A stretch of 64,000 nt of DNA, from contig JAZNAX010000029.1 of assembly GCA_045586765.1 (NCBI GenBank), forward strand, positions 6,012 to 70,011, in the 5' to 3' direction. Numbering within the stretch: position 1 is the stretch's first letter; every line of letters begins with the position of its first letter. The notes beneath the pieces are model-generated. The model saw nothing but the letters and a program-made list of their open reading frames with translations. It searched no databases and was not told where the DNA came from. Shown here one piece after another: positions 37,827-46,068 of the stretch. Source of the stretch: Christensenellaceae bacterium (GTDB lineage: Bacteria; Bacillota; Clostridia; Christensenellales; Borkfalkiaceae). The translations under genes were made by a program, and so were the position numbers.

Positions 37827-39629
37827 ATGGAAAACTTAATGCTTGAGCCCTTAAAATTTTATGAAAACACGGCAAAAGCACTTCACGATAAAAACACGAA
37901 AGAATATTTTGATGATTTAGTCAAAAAATCAGGCGTTGATGCTGAAGAAAATAGAAAAACTGTTATAAAATATAAAAAGCAAAAGAAAATTGTTGACCAT
38001 TTAGAAGGCAGGCTGTCTAAATACAAAATCTTGAAAGGCTTTTTAATTTTCTTTATAATCGTTAGCATTTTAACGGCTATTATCGGCTTAGCAGTAGGCG
38101 AAGGCTTGGCACAAATCTTATGTCCTGTTATCGGCACGATATTAACTATTGTTTTTATCCTTTTAATAACTAAAAAAATAAACATCATTATTAAACAAAT
38201 AAAAGGGCAAAAGGATATAGAAAATCAAAAGGCTTTGGCAATTTTAGAAGAAGCACAAGGTCAAATGGCACCACTTAATGCACTATTTACCGAGTACGAC
38301 ACCTTTAACCTTATAGAAAAAACAATGCCAAACATAAAGTTTAACAAACATTATGATGGCAAAATTCACGCTGATTTTAGTAAAAATTACGATTTTATTG
38401 ACCAAATAGACCAAAATCGTTCGGTTGTTGATACGGTTTCTGGAAGGCTTTTTGAAAACCCTTTCGTTTTCTATCGATACTTAAATCATTATATGGGTAC
38501 AAAACCTTATGTAGGTAGTCTTGTTATTCATTGGACCACTGTGGAAAGGGATAGTGATGGAAGAATTAGAAGGGTGCATCATACTGACACCTTGCACGCA
38601 ACCGTTATAAAGCCTTATCCCGAATATAATTATGGAACGGGGTTAAGTTTCGGAAGTCAAAGTGCGCCCGACTTAAACTTTTCAAGAAAATATGAGCATG
38701 TGGAAAGGCTTACTGAAAAGGAAATTGAAAAAAAGGTTAGAAAGGGCGAAAAGAAACTAAAGAAAAAGTCCGAAAAAGCCACCAAAACGGGAAGTGAGTT
38801 TACCGAAATGACCAACTCAGAGTTTGATGTTTTGTTCGGCGCAACAGACAGAGATAACGAAGTTCAGTTTAGATATCTATTCTCGCCACTCGCACAAGTT
38901 AATATGGTTAACCTTTTGCGTTCAAATGTGGGGTATGGCGATGATTTTTATTTCACCAAAAGGGGAAAGCACAACTACATAGAAAGCGAACACGCACAAA
39001 TGTGGGATATGAACACCGATGGCGAAAATTATGCTTCATATGATATCGATGATGCTAAACAAAAGTTTATAAATAGAAACAACAACTTTTTTAAGAGCAT
39101 ATACTTTGATTTTGCACCACTTCTTACAATTCCAACCTATCAGCAAGAGCCAAGCATGGTGTTTGAGCCGTTAGATAGATACCATGCAAATTATTCTAAT
39201 TATGAGCACGAAGTTTTGGCAAATGCCATAGGCACGCATCATTTTGCGCCACAGGGAAGTGCAACTAGCGTTATGCTAAAGGCAAGTTTAGTAAAAACCA
39301 AAAACGACACCGATATCGTTATGATAAATGCTAGTTCTTATGAAGCACACCACAGAGTAGATTTTATCCCTGTGTTTGGTGGAGATGGAAAAACCCACTT
39401 AGTGCCTGTTCCTTGGATAGAGTATTTACCTATCGAAAAGAACACGCCTATTGCAGTTAAGTCGACAGGACAAAACAAAAGAGACTTTATTGTTAAGGCA
39501 TATAATCAAAAAATTGATAGTGAACTTTTTGACTCGCCATCGGCATACTTGCACGGATTATTTGCAAAGATAATCGATAATGCAGATGCAAGTGGTATTG
39601 ATTCAGTATTAAATAAAATTGATAAATAA
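37827..39629 (+). CDS. hypothetical two-TM membrane protein with a large C-terminal domain (600 aa)
   Basis: Long ORF with RBS-like GGGG. Two adjacent hydrophobic helices (ILKGFLIFFIIVSILTAIIGLAV and ILCPVIGTILTIVFILLIT) follow a soluble N-terminus of about 65 aa. I recognise no family. Confidence 0.6.
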   Translation: MENLMLEPLKFYENTAKALHDKNTKEYFDDLVKKSGVDAEENRKTVIKYKKQKKIVDHLEGRLSKYKILKGFLIFFIIVSILTAIIGLAVGEGLAQILCPVIGTILTIVFILLITKKINIIIKQIKGQKDIENQKALAILEEAQGQMAPLNALFTEYDTFNLIEKTMPNIKFNKHYDGKIHADFSKNYDFIDQIDQNRSVVDTVSGRLFENPFVFYRYLNHYMGTKPYVGSLVIHWTTVERDSDGRIRRVHHTDTLHATVIKPYPEYNYGTGLSFGSQSAPDLNFSRKYEHVERLTEKEIEKKVRKGEKKLKKKSEKATKTGSEFTEMTNSEFDVLFGATDRDNEVQFRYLFSPLAQVNMVNLLRSNVGYGDDFYFTKRGKHNYIESEHAQMWDMNTDGENYASYDIDDAKQKFINRNNNFFKSIYFDFAPLLTIPTYQQEPSMVFEPLDRYHANYSNYEHEVLANAIGTHHFAPQGSATSVMLKASLVKTKNDTDIVMINASSYEAHHRVDFIPVFGGDGKTHLVPVPWIEYLPIEKNTPIAVKSTGQNKRDFIVKAYNQKIDSELFDSPSAYLHGLFAKIIDNADASGIDSVLNKIDK

Positions 39630-39656
39630 TAAAATAAGACAAAGGAGAAAACTAAT

Positions 39657-40319
39657 ATGTCAATTCAATTAGATGAAAACAACGTAAACTTAGAAGGCAA
39701 AGACGTAAACGTCATTAACCAAACCATCACGGCAAAAGTTGGCTTTGGCTCTAAACTTTTTGAAGTTCTTTTGTGGGTGCTATTTATAATCCCAGGCGTG
39801 ATATTCTTGTTTAAGAAAATTAAAGCCGACAATTATTTCCAACAACTTCAACAAAAAATCCAAAAGAACGCATCTCAAATCGATAACTATATGGAACAAC
39901 GTGTAGTTGTGCTTAAAAACTGTGCAAAAATTTTGGATAAGCAAGCAGAGTTTGAAAAGGGCGTTTTTGAAAATATTGCTAAATATCGTTCAGGTAATGG
40001 CGATAATGATGACCAAAAGAGAAACGAAGTTGCAAGCCAAATTGAAGATTTATCAAAGAGCATCAATATCGCTTTTGAAAATTACCCAGACCTAAAAGCA
40101 CACGAATCATTTGAAAACGCAATGAGACAAAACTATCAACTTCAACTTGAAATCACTGCTGCTCGTGAACTTTATAACGACACAATTAACACTTGGAACA
40201 GAGACATCTTTGCATGGCCAGCAAAAATGATAGTTGCAGCAAAACACGGCTATAAAACAAGAATACCTTTCTCTATTTCTTCATCAGTTAAAGAAGAAGC
40301 AAGGGGAACATTTTTCTAA
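39657..40319 (+). CDS. lemA: LemA-family protein
   Basis: 220 aa. One N-terminal TM, then ENYPDLKAHESFENAMRQNYQLQLEITAARELYNDTINTWNRDIFAWPAKMIVAAKHGY, the LemA signature. RBS AAGGAG. Confidence 0.8.
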   Translation: MSIQLDENNVNLEGKDVNVINQTITAKVGFGSKLFEVLLWVLFIIPGVIFLFKKIKADNYFQQLQQKIQKNASQIDNYMEQRVVVLKNCAKILDKQAEFEKGVFENIAKYRSGNGDNDDQKRNEVASQIEDLSKSINIAFENYPDLKAHESFENAMRQNYQLQLEITAARELYNDTINTWNRDIFAWPAKMIVAAKHGYKTRIPFSISSSVKEEARGTFF

Positions 40320-40330
40320 AAACTAAAATA

Positions 40331-40369
40331 AAAGGTGCAGAAACTTTTAACTGCACCTTTTTTATTTTT
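40331..40369 (+). terminator. rho-independent terminator after lemA, near-identical to the tuf terminator
   Basis: AAAGGTGCAGAAA-cttttaa-CTGCACCTTTT followed by TTATTTTTC. Confidence 0.85.
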
Positions 40370-40379
40370 CTAAAAATGT

Positions 40380-40408
40380 TTGACCGAACTTAAAAAATGT
40401 TATATAAT
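40380..40408 (+). promoter_or_regulatory. sigma-A promoter TTGACC-17-TATAAT for copA
   Basis: TTGACC 40380-40385 and TATAAT 40403-40408. Palindrome TAACA-T-TGTTA at 40417-40427 lies just downstream. Confidence 0.7.
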
Positions 40409-40439
40409 TTTAAAAGTAACATTGTTAAGGAAACAAAGC

Positions 40440-42905
40440 ATGAGAAAATTTACCATAATAGGCATGAGTTGTGCTGCTTGCTCTGCAAGGGTGGAAAGTG
40501 CAGTTAAAAAGGTTGATGGCGTTGATAAAGTTGCCGTGAACCTTCTTCTTGGCAGTATGTCCGTTGAAGGAACTGCAAGCGATGAGATAATAATTAAAGC
40601 CGTTCAAAACGCAGGGTATAACGCACTTGTCAACGAAAATACAATATGTGCCGACAAAAAACAGAATAGCGAAACCATTACTTTAAGAAACAGGCTATTA
40701 CTTTCGCTTGGCTTTCTTGTTGTTTTGATGTATATTTCTATGGGGCACAATATGCTTTCTTTGCCCTTACCTTTGTTTTTATATAAAAATCCATTATTAG
40801 TGGCTATCACCCAAATGGTGCTTGCGCTAACGATTATAATTATAAACAGAAAGTTTTATATAAATGGCGCTAAAGGTTTATTTAAGGGTGCACCAAATAT
40901 GGATACCCTTGTTTCAATGGGCTCTTTTGCAGGTTTTGTTTATAGTTTTGTTAACCTTGTTTTAATAGGCATAGCAGTTAGTTCTAATAATATGGTTTTA
41001 GCGAGAAGTTATCTTCACGATTTATACTTTGAATCTTCTGCAATGATTTTAGCGCTTATAACTTTGGGAAAGATGCTAGAGTCTTATTCTAAAGGCAAAA
41101 CCACAAATGCCCTAAAGAGTTTAATGGCACTTTCGCCTAAGTCTGCAACAATAATTGTCGATGGCAAAGAAAGTGTGGTTTTAATTGACCAAGTTAAAGT
41201 TGGTGATATTTTTGTTGTTAGACCGGGGGAATGCATTCCTGCCGATGGAACTATTCTAGAAGGGCATAGCGCAATCGATGAATCTTCTATAACGGGCGAA
41301 TCTATCCCTGTTGATAAAACGGTTGGCGACAATGTAAAAGCAGGCACAATAAACGAGTTTGGGTTCATTAAGTGCATTGCCACCTTTGTTGGAGAAGATA
41401 CTTCTTTAAGCAAAATTATAAAAATGGTTAGCGATGTGTCGCTCACAAAAGCGCCTATTGCTAAAATAGCCGATAAGGTTTCTGGGATATTTGTGCCTAT
41501 CGTTATGGGTATTGCCCTTGTTACCTTTATTGTTTGGCTAATTATATCAAGCCAAGTGGGATATTCGCTTGCAAGAGGAATTTCGGTTTTAGTTATAAGT
41601 TGCCCTTGTGCTTTGGGGCTTGCAACACCTATCGCAATAATGGTGGGCAGTGGTTTAGGTGCTAAGGCTGGCGTACTATTTAAAAATGCTGAGGCTTTAG
41701 AGCAAACGGGCAAGGCAACCATAATTGCACTTGATAAAACGGGAACTATTACTTTAGGAAAACCTATAGTAACCGACATAGTTGCATTTAATGAGTTTGA
41801 TGAAAACAAACTTTTAAGCCTTGCATATAGTTTAGAAGTTAAAAGCGAGCACCCACTAGCAAAAGCCATTGTTGAAAAAGCAAATGAACTAAGCCTAACT
41901 GCTAATGAAATACAAGATTTTAGAATTTATGCAGGTGGTGGAGTTTTTGGAAAACTTAATGGCAAACACCTTTGTGGTGGCAATCATAAGTTTATAAGCG
42001 AATATACTCTATTAGGTCAAGATGCCAAAAGCATTTCTAATAATCTTGCTATGCAAGGGAAAACCCCTATTTACTTTGCGTTTGATGGGGAGTTAATTGG
42101 CATTATTGCCGTTGCTGATGAAATTAAAAAAGATAGCATTTTTGCTATAAAAGAACTAAAAAAACTTGGGCTTAAAGTTGTTATGCTAACGGGCGATAAC
42201 GAGCAAACGGCAAACGCTATCGGTAAAAAAATTGGCATCGATGAAATTTATCATAGTTTATTGCCAGAAAACAAGGCAGAGTTAATAAACAAACTTAAAA
42301 ATCAAGGCAAGGTTATAATGGTTGGCGATGGAATAAACGATGCCATTTCATTAACCACTGCTGATATTGGCATGGCAATCGGTCAAGGCACAGATGTGGC
42401 AATAGATGCTGCCGATGTAGTTTTAATGAAAAATGACCTTGTTTCCACAGCAAATGCAATAAGTTTAAGTAAAAATGTTATAAAAAATATAAAACAAAAC
42501 TTGTTCTGGGCATTTTTTTATAATATGATATGCATACCACTAGCAGCAGGGGTGTTTATTCCAATATTTAATTGGACGCTAAATCCTATGATTGGCGCTG
42601 GGGCTATGAGCATATCAAGTTTGTTTGTGGTGGGCAATTCATTAAGGCTTAACCTATTTAAACCAAAAAGATTAAGTTCAAACGAAATAACGGTTAAGTT
42701 AAAGGGTATGATGTGTAATCACTGCGAAAAGAGAGTGGAAACTGCATTAAAGAAACTGCCATTTGTTTTAACTGCCACTGCCGATTATAAAAAAGGTGTT
42801 GTGAATATTGCTTTTGACGGCGAGTATGATAAAGAAAAGATTAAAGAGACAATAAATAACGAGCATTATAAATTTATAAAAATTAAGGAGAGAATAAATG
42901 ATTAA
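40440..42905 (+). CDS. copA: copper-translocating P1B-type ATPase with N- and C-terminal HMA domains
   Basis: 821 aa. N-terminal GMSCAACSARVE, CPC (VISCPCALGLA), DKTGTIT, GDGINDA, and a second HMA GMMCNHCEKRVE at the C-terminus. ATG 40440 is preferred over TTG 40380, which is the -35 box. Confidence 0.92.
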   Translation: MRKFTIIGMSCAACSARVESAVKKVDGVDKVAVNLLLGSMSVEGTASDEIIIKAVQNAGYNALVNENTICADKKQNSETITLRNRLLLSLGFLVVLMYISMGHNMLSLPLPLFLYKNPLLVAITQMVLALTIIIINRKFYINGAKGLFKGAPNMDTLVSMGSFAGFVYSFVNLVLIGIAVSSNNMVLARSYLHDLYFESSAMILALITLGKMLESYSKGKTTNALKSLMALSPKSATIIVDGKESVVLIDQVKVGDIFVVRPGECIPADGTILEGHSAIDESSITGESIPVDKTVGDNVKAGTINEFGFIKCIATFVGEDTSLSKIIKMVSDVSLTKAPIAKIADKVSGIFVPIVMGIALVTFIVWLIISSQVGYSLARGISVLVISCPCALGLATPIAIMVGSGLGAKAGVLFKNAEALEQTGKATIIALDKTGTITLGKPIVTDIVAFNEFDENKLLSLAYSLEVKSEHPLAKAIVEKANELSLTANEIQDFRIYAGGGVFGKLNGKHLCGGNHKFISEYTLLGQDAKSISNNLAMQGKTPIYFAFDGELIGIIAVADEIKKDSIFAIKELKKLGLKVVMLTGDNEQTANAIGKKIGIDEIYHSLLPENKAELINKLKNQGKVIMVGDGINDAISLTTADIGMAIGQGTDVAIDAADVVLMKNDLVSTANAISLSKNVIKNIKQNLFWAFFYNMICIPLAAGVFIPIFNWTLNPMIGAGAMSISSLFVVGNSLRLNLFKPKRLSSNEITVKLKGMMCNHCEKRVETALKKLPFVLTATADYKKGVVNIAFDGEYDKEKIKETINNEHYKFIKIKERIND

Positions 42906-43161
42906 GATTGTTTTATCAGTTGATGGTATGATGTGCAAAATGTGCGAAGCACACGTTAATGATGCAATAAAAAGAGAATTTTTAAATGTAAAGGTAAGTT
43001 CATCTCACCAAGATGGGCAAACTATTATACTAACGAAAACCGAAGTTGACACAGAAAAACTAAAAGAGATTGTTGAAAAAGAAGGCTTTAAGGTATTAGA
43101 TATAAAAGTAGAAGAGCAAAAGAAAAAAGGCTTATTTGGCTTTTTGAAAAAGCAAGGCTAA
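42898..43161 (+). CDS. copZ: CopZ-like heavy-metal-associated (HMA) domain protein
   Basis: 87 aa. VDGMMCKMCEAHVNDAI (GMxCxxC). Overlaps the copA stop by 8 nt. Confidence 0.75.
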   Translation: MIKIVLSVDGMMCKMCEAHVNDAIKREFLNVKVSSSHQDGQTIILTKTEVDTEKLKEIVEKEGFKVLDIKVEEQKKKGLFGFLKKQG

Positions 43162-43187
43162 AAAGAAATAAAAAATATCAACAAAAT

Positions 43188-43222
43188 AAAAATCACACTG
43201 CTTAAAAAGCAGTGTGATTTAT
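43188..43222. terminator. bidirectional terminator between copZ and hup
   Basis: AATCACACTGCTT-aaa-AAGCAGTGTGATT flanked by A and T runs. Confidence 0.8.
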
Positions 43223-43236
43223 TATATATCTTAATT

Positions 43237-43509
43237 TTAGTTGAAAGAATCTTTGTAAGCTTTACCGAATTTAAATGTAGGAATCTTTGTTTCTGAGATG
43301 CTAATTTTTTCTTGTGTTTTTGGATTAATTCCTTCTCTTGCTGGTTTAACCTTTAATTCGAAAGTTCCAAAGCCAGAAATTTGAACTTTTTCTCCTTCAT
43401 TAAGACCATCAGTGATAGCGCCGATAACGCCATCAAGTACTAAATTTGCATCTTTTAGTGTGATGCCTACTTTGTTTGCGATTGCCCTTACTAATTCGTT
43501 CTTATTCAT
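43237..43509 (-). CDS. hup: DNA-binding protein HU
   Basis: MNKNELVRAIANKVG...GFGTFELKVKPAREGINPKTQEKI...; 90 aa. ATG at 43509 sits behind GGAGGAC, and ORF-track start 43551 is rejected. Confidence 0.93.
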   Translation of the reverse strand: MNKNELVRAIANKVGITLKDANLVLDGVIGAITDGLNEGEKVQISGFGTFELKVKPAREGINPKTQEKISISETKIPTFKFGKAYKDSFN

Positions 43510-43539
43510 AAAATAAGTCCTCCATATATTATTGTAAAT

Positions 43540-43567
43540 ATTATACCACAAATAAAAATTTTTTCAA
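43540..43567 (-). promoter_or_regulatory. sigma-A promoter TTGAAA-16-TGgTATAAT for hup
   Basis: Complement of 43562-43567 is TTGAAA and complement of 43540-43545 is TATAAT. Confidence 0.65.
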
Positions 43568-43645
43568 TAGTTTTTTTAAAAAAATTGTCATTTTTGACAA
43601 AAAAATGCCCATTTTTGCCACTTTTTTAAAAAATTAAGCATTTTG

Positions 43646-43674
43646 TTGACATGAAATAAAGTATTTTTTAAAAT
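43646..43674 (+). promoter_or_regulatory. sigma-A promoter TTGACA-17-TAAAAT for the 43745 gene
   Basis: TTGACA 43646-43651 and TAAAAT 43669-43674. Confidence 0.6.
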
Positions 43675-43744
43675 ATAGCCTATTAAATATAGATTTTTGG
43701 CTCTCTAAAGGCTTAAAAATTTATTAAACGAAGTGGGTTAAAAT

Positions 43745-44821
43745 ATGGAAATTGTGTTTGATTTTAACGATTTTACGCATAAAATATGCCAAAAATTACC
43801 ATTTTCTAACATTTTGCTTTTAATGAGCGATAGCGAATATTTTGAGTTTGGAAACACTATTTTTAATCAATTTTTAAATAAAGGTGCAAAAGTACATGTC
43901 GCTTTAATAAAAGAAGATAATTTTAATCAACTAGATGACCTTTTAAGCCAAAAAAACCTTCTTTTAGACTTTCGTGGAGTCGTTATTTTTAACAAACAAA
44001 TATTGTGCCATATATTAGGTGGTTTAACAAAAATTCCTAAAGTTTTTTACCTTCAACTTTCAAGCGATATTTATGGAATATTCGATAATGGAAAAAGTCA
44101 ATTAGAAGTGGAAAGATATTTTTATCCGCCAAATAAAAATGTTTGCGAAATACTTAAAATCTTTGCTGTTAGAACGCTTTATTTAATTGACTATATATTT
44201 TGTCAAGCCTTAAATAAAAGCCCATTAGACAGCCAATTTTTTAGCAGGGTGAAAAGATTGATAGTTAGCGCTGTTACAAATATAAATGATTGTGAAAAAA
44301 ATTTAGATGAAATTTTTGATGTTTTGATTAAACTAGAAAATCTGTCCACTCAAAAAGAAAAAAGTAAGTATTTTTCGGCTAGCGTAACTTGTTATTTAAT
44401 GCAAAACAATTTTTATCATTTGCAAACTAATTATTTGGCATCAAAGAAAATAGTTAAAGCGTATAAAAATTTGCTACTAAACAAAAAGCAAGAAAAAATT
44501 GATTTATCTACTAGGGCAAGGCTAGTTAGTTATTTTAGCAGGCAACAAATAAATAGTTGTTTAATGACGCTATGTAATCAAATGGAGAAAATAGATAGCG
44601 ACATAAGTTTAATAGATAAACGAGAAATTATAACACTACTTAATATTTACAATAAGTTTGTTTGCAAAATAGAAAAAGGCTTGACTATAAATCCTGCTAG
44701 AAAGGATATCAAAAGCAAGTTGTTTGGCCATAAACTCGACATGTGCATTAGTGTTTGTGGAGACACTATGCTAAGCATAAACGGCATGACTTTTGCTAGA
44801 CAAAATAGTTTGATATTTTAA
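43745..44821 (+). CDS. hypothetical protein (358 aa)
   Basis: Long, A+T-rich ORF with no recognisable catalytic motif. There is only a vague resemblance in layout to DHQS/glycerol-phosphate dehydrogenase-like folds, which is not enough to call. Confidence 0.5.
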   Translation: MEIVFDFNDFTHKICQKLPFSNILLLMSDSEYFEFGNTIFNQFLNKGAKVHVALIKEDNFNQLDDLLSQKNLLLDFRGVVIFNKQILCHILGGLTKIPKVFYLQLSSDIYGIFDNGKSQLEVERYFYPPNKNVCEILKIFAVRTLYLIDYIFCQALNKSPLDSQFFSRVKRLIVSAVTNINDCEKNLDEIFDVLIKLENLSTQKEKSKYFSASVTCYLMQNNFYHLQTNYLASKKIVKAYKNLLLNKKQEKIDLSTRARLVSYFSRQQINSCLMTLCNQMEKIDSDISLIDKREIITLLNIYNKFVCKIEKGLTINPARKDIKSKLFGHKLDMCISVCGDTMLSINGMTFARQNSLIF

Positions 44822-44846
44822 TGTATAAAACAAAATAAAAGTGGCA

Positions 44847-44878
44847 ATACTCCCTTCGAGCAGAAGGGGGTATTTTTT
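44847..44878 (+). terminator. terminator-like hairpin whose 3' arm doubles as the RBS of the next gene
   Basis: ATACTCCCTT-cgagcag-AAGGGGGTAT followed by TTTTT, then GTG at 44879. Confidence 0.5.
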
Positions 44879-45292
44879 GTGCTTAAAAAGGTCAGCGTTA
44901 TTATTGCATCACTGCTTCTAGTTATATGCCTATTTATAGTTAATAGAGTGCCTGTATTAGACAGGGCAAACGAGTATGAAATTTACCTTGAAAGTTATTC
45001 AACGACTGAGCAAATAAAAAAGGTGGAAAAAGAAGAGTATAAGTTTATTCTTGGTGTAAAGGGAGAAAGTTTTAGCCTTAAAAATGAAAACTTTTGTTTA
45101 GATGAGTTTGTTAAAGAGTTAGATTTAGATATGGTTTATGAAGAAAATCTTGGCGAAGTCGTTTGCTATTATGGATACTCTAAAAAGGTAAAGTATTTAG
45201 AAACGATAGATGGCAACCTGATAAATGTCCATATTGCTGTAAAAAAAGAGTGTGTCAAAATAGGTTTTCCAATAATTTATGGAAGTTTTTAA
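44879..45292 (+). CDS. hypothetical membrane-anchored protein (137 aa)
   Basis: GTG start, N-terminal hydrophobic helix (VSVIIASLLLVICLFIV). No family recognised. Confidence 0.5.
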   Translation: MLKKVSVIIASLLLVICLFIVNRVPVLDRANEYEIYLESYSTTEQIKKVEKEEYKFILGVKGESFSLKNENFCLDEFVKELDLDMVYEENLGEVVCYYGYSKKVKYLETIDGNLINVHIAVKKECVKIGFPIIYGSF

Positions 45293-45360
45293 TTTTTAGG
45301 TATAAAAATTTTTAATCGGTCAATAATCGATGTGACAATAGTAAAAGGAGAAATAAAATA

Positions 45361-45993
45361 ATGAAAGAGAAAAGAAGAAATGTGTTATTTTTCTTAAAAA
45401 GGAACGCAGTTTATATCGTGCTTGTGCTATGTATTTTAGCAGTTAGTTTTTCAATTGCTTTTATGGTTGCAAATCAAAAGAGCGAGTTGGAGTTAAATAA
45501 TAAACCACCAATTCACGCACCGAACGATAGCCCAACGACTTCGCCAGATGATGAAAACGTGCCTGTCGTTAAACCTGTAGAATTTATCATGCCTGTTATG
45601 AGCCCAACAGCAATAGGCGAATATGGTGAGACTATGGTGTTTAATAGCACGCTAAATAGATATACGGCGCATCTTGCTATGGACTTTTATGCACCAGAAG
45701 GAAGTAGTGTATATGCCGTTTATGACGGAACAGTTGTGAGCATTGAAAACACATTTTTACAAGGCACAACTATAACCATTGATCATGGCAACGGCTTGTT
45801 TTCAATATATAACTCGCTTGCTGACGGCGAAAGCGTAAGCGTTGGTCAAACGGTTAAGCAAGGCGACGAAATAGGTCAAGTTTCTGTAACTAATAGACAA
45901 GAATATAAGGCTGGCGCACACCTTCATTTTGAAGTTAAAGAAAATGGTCAGTTTATCGACCCTGCCAAGTATTTAGAAGCACAAGAAAAATAA
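45361..45993 (+). CDS. M23-family metallopeptidase with an N-terminal TM anchor
   Basis: HLAMDF (HxxxD), ITIDHGNGLFSIYNSL and GAHLHFEV (HxH). Confidence 0.85.
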   Translation: MKEKRRNVLFFLKRNAVYIVLVLCILAVSFSIAFMVANQKSELELNNKPPIHAPNDSPTTSPDDENVPVVKPVEFIMPVMSPTAIGEYGETMVFNSTLNRYTAHLAMDFYAPEGSSVYAVYDGTVVSIENTFLQGTTITIDHGNGLFSIYNSLADGESVSVGQTVKQGDEIGQVSVTNRQEYKAGAHLHFEVKENGQFIDPAKYLEAQEK

Positions 45994-46023
45994 GCATAAA
46001 ATAAGTTTAGGTATATTTTAATT

Positions 46024-46068
46024 AAACCCCGAATAAGATATGATAAAGTATCTTGTTTGGGGTTTTTT
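46024..46068 (+). terminator. terminator-like hairpin after the M23 gene
   Basis: AAACCCCGAATAAGATA pairs imperfectly with TATCTTGTTTGGGGTTT, followed by a T run. Confidence 0.55.
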
